Under the pieces are notes generated by a model. The model had not been told where the DNA came from and searched no databases. It saw only the letters and a list, made by a program, of their open reading frames with translations. From contig CAYMRW010000001.1 of assembly GCA_964392825.1 (NCBI GenBank), positions 15,331 through 79,330 of the forward strand: a stretch of DNA of 64,000 nucleotides, read 5' to 3'. Source of the stretch: an uncultured Rhodobacterales bacterium (GTDB lineage: Bacteria > Pseudomonadota > Alphaproteobacteria > Rhodobacterales > Rhodobacteraceae). A program made the translations under genes and the position numbers. Each line of letters opens with the position of its first letter. Position 1 is the stretch's first letter. Shown here in pieces: positions 59,991 to 64,000 of the stretch.

Positions 59991-61447
59991 AGCACCAGCC
60001 CCGCGGCCGCGAATCCGAGGATCAGGACGCCGCAGCCGATCGACACCCAGTCCTTTGCCGCGAACACGACCGGATCGTCGTGCATCGAGCCGCGATGGGC
60101 CAGCATCACCATCCGGCTGATCCAGAACAGCAGGACGAGGCAGATGCCCCAGAGCGGAGCGGTCTCGTTGTAGAGCCGCCGGACCGCGGGCGAATCGAGC
60201 CACAGCGCCATGACGAGGACCGAGACGTAGCCGGAAGACACCGCCATGTTGGCGACGAGCGGCAGATCGGTGGTGCGGTAGCCACGGCCATGCGCCCGCA
60301 GCTTGCCCTCGGCCGCGCCGGCGACCAGTTCGGTCTGCCGCTTAACGGCGGCGAGGGCGAAGAAGAAGAAGATCGAGAACGCGAGCAGCCAGACCGACAG
60401 CGCGATCCCGGTCGCCACCCCGCCGGCGATGATGCGCAGGGTATAGAGGCCCGCGAGAGCGCAGATGTCTATCACGATCAGTCGCTTGAGGTAGAACGAG
60501 TAGGCGGTGGTGACGACGTAGTAGAGCGTCATCACGGCGAGGAAATGCGGCCCGAGCAACAGCGAAACCGCCGCCCCGGCGAGAAGCAGCGCCGGCGTCA
60601 GCAGCGTGCCCCAGGCGAGCGGCAGCGCGCCGGCAGCGAACGGTCTTTCGCGCTTGCGCGTGTGTGCCCGGTCGGCCTCGAGGTCGAGCAGGTCGTTCAG
60701 CAGATACACCGACGAGGCGACGAGGCTATAGGCGACGAAGGCCAGGCACGCCTGTCCGATGGTCAGCAGGTCGAGCTGGTGCGCTGCCAGCAGCGGCAGG
60801 AAGACGAGCACGTTCTTAAGCCATTGATGTGGCCGCAGCGCCCGCATCAGCGGCCGGAGGCGGCTGCCGCGGGTGACGAGATGCTCGCTATCGCACGTCA
60901 GCGCATCGACCCTCGTGCGCAGCCCGGGGGGGATGTCGACGGTGATGGCGCGCGCGGCCTTCTCCCAGACGGCATGGTCGGCATGGGTGTCGCCCATGTA
61001 GGCGAAGCCGTCAGGGTAGCGACGGGCGAGAAACGCGGCCTTGGCGGGGCCCTTGAGGTTCGCCTGACCGTCGGAGCCGTGTGCCTCGTCGAAGAGCCCG
61101 ACATGATCGGCGACACGCCCCACCAGCCGCTGGTCGGAGGCCGAGACGAGCGCCGTTCGCCCCCCGGCATCGCGCCAGCGCCGAACGTGCTCGATCACCC
61201 TGGCGTTGTAGGGCAGCATGGCGACGTCGACCGGGCCCAGACCCTCCAACCTGCGCTTGAGCGTCGCCCGCCCCTCACGCAGCGCGCGCAGCGCGGGCAC
61301 GACGTTCAGCCACCGCCGAGACAGCGCCGACCAGAACGTCTCGTAGAGCATGTCCGTGCGGATCAGCGTCCCGTCGAGATCGACGACGAGGGTCTCGCCT
61401 GCGGCATAGGCGGGCTCCGGCATCCGGGACTGGCCGATCTCGTTCAC
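59987..61447 (-). CDS. HAD-fused UbiA-family polyprenyl-phosphate phosphoribosyltransferase
   Basis: HAD motifs VDLDGTL and YMGD; UbiA motifs LRPHQWLKN, YLLNDLLDLEADR.H..K..RP.AAG and HDDPVVFA. Confidence 0.9.
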   Translation of the reverse strand: MNEIGQSRMPEPAYAAGETLVVDLDGTLIRTDMLYETFWSALSRRWLNVVPALRALREGRATLKRRLEGLGPVDVAMLPYNARVIEHVRRWRDAGGRTALVSASDQRLVGRVADHVGLFDEAHGSDGQANLKGPAKAAFLARRYPDGFAYMGDTHADHAVWEKAARAITVDIPPGLRTRVDALTCDSEHLVTRGSRLRPLMRALRPHQWLKNVLVFLPLLAAHQLDLLTIGQACLAFVAYSLVASSVYLLNDLLDLEADRAHTRKRERPFAAGALPLAWGTLLTPALLLAGAAVSLLLGPHFLAVMTLYYVVTTAYSFYLKRLIVIDICALAGLYTLRIIAGGVATGIALSVWLLAFSIFFFFALAAVKRQTELVAGAAEGKLRAHGRGYRTTDLPLVANMAVSSGYVSVLVMALWLDSPAVRRLYNETAPLWGICLVLLFWISRMVMLAHRGSMHDDPVVFAAKDWVSIGCGVLILGFAAAGLVL

Positions 61448-61469
61448 GTCATCTCTCCGCCGCGCCCCG

Positions 61470-63038
61470 TCAGATCCGCGCATCGGCACCGCGGCGGCGC
61501 AGCACGCTGAGGTTCCCCGCCCGGTCCGCCACCACCACCTCGAACACTTCGGCGAAACGCTCGTTGCCGCGTTCGACCCAGCCCGCCATGCCGACCCAAT
61601 CGGCGATGACGTCGATCTCGCTTGCCACGACGTAGTTGAGAACGTCGCCGTCCCGGCGCCGCGCCGCCAGCGCCTCGGGGTTGACCTTGCCGTCCAGGTT
61701 GATCGTGCGGTCGTGCCAGTAGCCGAGGGTGCCGGTCTGCACCGCCCCGACCCACGTTTCCTCGCCGACGTTCCTCTCGACCCATCCCACGACATGGAAA
61801 TGCCCCTGCTCCTTGACCCCGGGCAGCGCCAGACGCACCAGCAGCAGGAGCGCAAGCGCCAGCGCCCCGGTCCCGGCGACTCGTGCCAGATCTCCCCCGC
61901 GGATGGCCGGCAGCCGCCGCACCAGGTCCAGCGCGACGTAAACGGCGGCGGTGACGAGCAGCGGGCCGAGCGGCGCCAGGTAACGGCTGAGGAAATGCCC
62001 GGCCCCGAAGAACGCGCCGTAGTAGAACACGAGCCCGCCCCCGTAGAGCGTGTAGGCCGCGATCATCGGCGCCTGCGGGTGGCGTCGGCCGAGCGTCCGC
62101 CACAGGAACCAGGCCAGCACCCCCAGCACCACGATGGCCGCGGCCGCGATCGCCACGCTCGACCGCTCGAGCGATGTTGGGATCGGCAGCATCGGCAGCA
62201 TCGTCTCGAAAAGCTTGGCCGGCACGATCTCGAGATTGCCGCCGAACTCGGCCGAGAGCGACTGCGCCGGGCCGCTGATCGGCATGATGGAGCCGAAGAA
62301 GACCTGGTTGTGGACGAGCCAAGGCGCCGCGAAGAGAAGGCTGATGATCCCCGGCGGCAGCGCCTCGGCCACCGCCTCGCGGAAGCTCGCCTGGCGCGTC
62401 CACTGCACCTGCACGAAGCGCACCGCGAAGATCGCGGTGACCAGCATCGCGCCGTCGATCCGGGCGAGGAAGGTCGCTCCGCAAAGGCACCCGAGGATGA
62501 CCTGGTCTGCGCGCGTGTAGCGCCCGCCGCGGGCCACGACATGACCGAAGAAGGCCATCGTCGCCGCCACCATGCCGATATAGAGCCCCGTCTCGAGGGC
62601 GTTCATCGAATGCAGGAGAGCAAGCGGCCCGACGAACCAGAGCGCCGCCGCGGCCCAGGACCAGATCGGCGGCTCTTCCCCGAGGATGCCGCGGGCGAAA
62701 CGCTGGATCGCGAAGGCGGCACCCACCGACCAGGCGGTCATGATCAGAATGACGCCTGCGAGACTCGCCACCTTGTCGCCGCCCGTCAGCCAGTAGGGGA
62801 CAGCGTAGAGGAGCGTGGCGAGCGGCTGCACCCCGTTCGTCGGAATCATCCCGTCGGAAACGCTGAGGCCATTTCCGATGGCGAGGTTCCGCGCCACCGT
62901 CAACATCAGATAGCCGTCCTCGGTGATGAAGAACTGGGCCATCGCCTCGGGCCCCAGTGCCAGCGGCGCCAGGCGGTAGATCAGCCCGAAGACGAGGCAG
63001 GCCCCGACCGAGAGGGAGAAAGCGCGTGCGACGGTCAT
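61470..63038 (-). CDS. GT-C-like membrane protein, candidate arabinofuranosyltransferase
   Basis: TEDGY....ARN...G.G after TM1, TNG.QPL, NALET, LARID and NLDGKVN motifs; lies upstream of the UbiA-GtrA-DprE genes. Confidence 0.65.
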   Translation of the reverse strand: MTVARAFSLSVGACLVFGLIYRLAPLALGPEAMAQFFITEDGYLMLTVARNLAIGNGLSVSDGMIPTNGVQPLATLLYAVPYWLTGGDKVASLAGVILIMTAWSVGAAFAIQRFARGILGEEPPIWSWAAAALWFVGPLALLHSMNALETGLYIGMVAATMAFFGHVVARGGRYTRADQVILGCLCGATFLARIDGAMLVTAIFAVRFVQVQWTRQASFREAVAEALPPGIISLLFAAPWLVHNQVFFGSIMPISGPAQSLSAEFGGNLEIVPAKLFETMLPMLPIPTSLERSSVAIAAAAIVVLGVLAWFLWRTLGRRHPQAPMIAAYTLYGGGLVFYYGAFFGAGHFLSRYLAPLGPLLVTAAVYVALDLVRRLPAIRGGDLARVAGTGALALALLLLVRLALPGVKEQGHFHVVGWVERNVGEETWVGAVQTGTLGYWHDRTINLDGKVNPEALAARRRDGDVLNYVVASEIDVIADWVGMAGWVERGNERFAEVFEVVVADRAGNLSVLRRRGADARI

Positions 63039-63210
63039 CGGCCGAGCTCCGCAAAGGAACGATGGCCCCTCGCATCGGGCAAAGGCCGCTCGAATTCAAC
63101 CTTTGCAGGCAGACTCGGGCGCAAGATCGACGGCCACGGTTAATCCGCAGGCGCCGACGCCGGAGCCGCGTCGCGCGGCTCCGGCAGGGTCTCAAGAGTT
63201 TCGCGCGGGT

Positions 63211-64000
63211 TCAGCCGAGCCAGATTCCGTTGGTCTCGATCAGGTCCACGTCGGCCATCGACGCACCGTCGATGAGGATCACGTCGCCGTCGCCCGCAAG
63301 CTTGACCCAGAGGGAACCGGCGCGCTCCTGCGTGCTCGCGATCTCGGCCCCCGCCTCGAGGACGAGGATGTCCTCCTCGGCATCGAAGTCGAAGATCTGG
63401 TCGCTGGTCCGGGTACCGTCGACTGCGCCGGCGCCGAAGACGAAGGCGTCCGCCCCCTCGCCACCCCACATGCGGTCGTAGCCGCCGCCGCCGGAGCGGA
63501 TCATGTCGGCCCCATCGGTGCCCTCGATCACGTCCATGCCCGAGGTTCCGTTCACGGGGTTCCAGTCCGGTTTCGCAGGCTTGGATGGCGGCGCGGGCTC
63601 GTACCGGCCTTCGATCACCAGGGAGACGGTGCCGCGGTCGGTGCCGCCCTCGCCGTCGCTGACCAGGTAGTCGAAGCGCATGACCCGCGTCTCGCCCACG
63701 GGCAGTTCGTCGAACGCGCCTTCGGGATCGTAGCTGAAACGGCCGTCCGCATCGATCACGATGCTGCCGTCGCTCGGACCGCCGTCGACCGCGTAGGCCA
63801 GATCGTCGCCGTCGGCATCGCTCGCCACGAGCTGCCCCTCGAGGGTCTCGTCGGCAGCCCCCTCGAGACGCAGGCTCCTGGCCTCGGGCGCCCTGTTCGG
63901 CACCTCTTGCGGCGCCTCGGGTTCCTCCGGATCGGCCGGTGGAACCTCGGGCTCTTCGAGCTCCTCCACCGGCGGAGTCTTCGGCTCCTCGGGTTCCGCC
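63211..64000 (-). CDS. C-terminal part of an RTX/type I-secreted surface protein with an Ig-like domain (5' end outside the window)
   Basis: PE-rich linker, NRAP.A...DADGD...FDY.VSDG Ig repeat, Ca-binding-type GTDGADMI.SGGGGYD.MWGGEGADAFVF and DQIFDFD. Confidence 0.85.
   Translation of the reverse strand, partial: AEPEEPKTPPVEELEEPEVPPADPEEPEAPQEVPNRAPEARSLRLEGAADETLEGQLVASDADGDDLAYAVDGGPSDGSIVIDADGRFSYDPEGAFDELPVGETRVMRFDYLVSDGEGGTDRGTVSLVIEGRYEPAPPSKPAKPDWNPVNGTSGMDVIEGTDGADMIRSGGGGYDRMWGGEGADAFVFGAGAVDGTRTSDQIFDFDAEEDILVLEAGAEIASTQERAGSLWVKLAGDGDVILIDGASMADVDLIETNGIWLG

Overview
GC-rich window with the gene content of an alphaproteobacterium (Rhodobacterales-like, judged from an XrtD-type exosortase, VPLPA-CTERM proteins and a GTA-type spike-base gene). 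Almost all of it is one large surface-glycan locus. It holds nucleotide-sugar genes (manC, UDP-GlcA epimerase, UDP-GlcA decarboxylase, scattered rmlB/C/D), about nine soluble glycosyltransferases, a Wzx flippase, a Wzy-like protein, five sulfotransferases, an acyltransferase and a GMC oxidoreductase with a Tat partner. It also has exosortase D with two VPLPA-CTERM substrates and a UbiA-GtrA-DprE1-DprE2-like polyprenyl-phospho-pentose module with a GT-C-like protein. Embedded among these are large proteins without N-terminal signal peptides: a 2651-aa malectin/Ig protein, a DUF5060-type glycoside-hydrolase-like protein, and two inverted paralogous cassettes pairing an Ig+LamG-like fibre with a PKD/beta-helix protein. 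A stand-alone homolog of the RcGTA head-spike base protein is also present. The most unusual signal is this set of spike/fibre-like genes inside a polysaccharide locus with no phage genes nearby. No rRNA, tRNA, CRISPR array or intact mobile element was seen. Family calls rest on motif recognition only; no searches were run.
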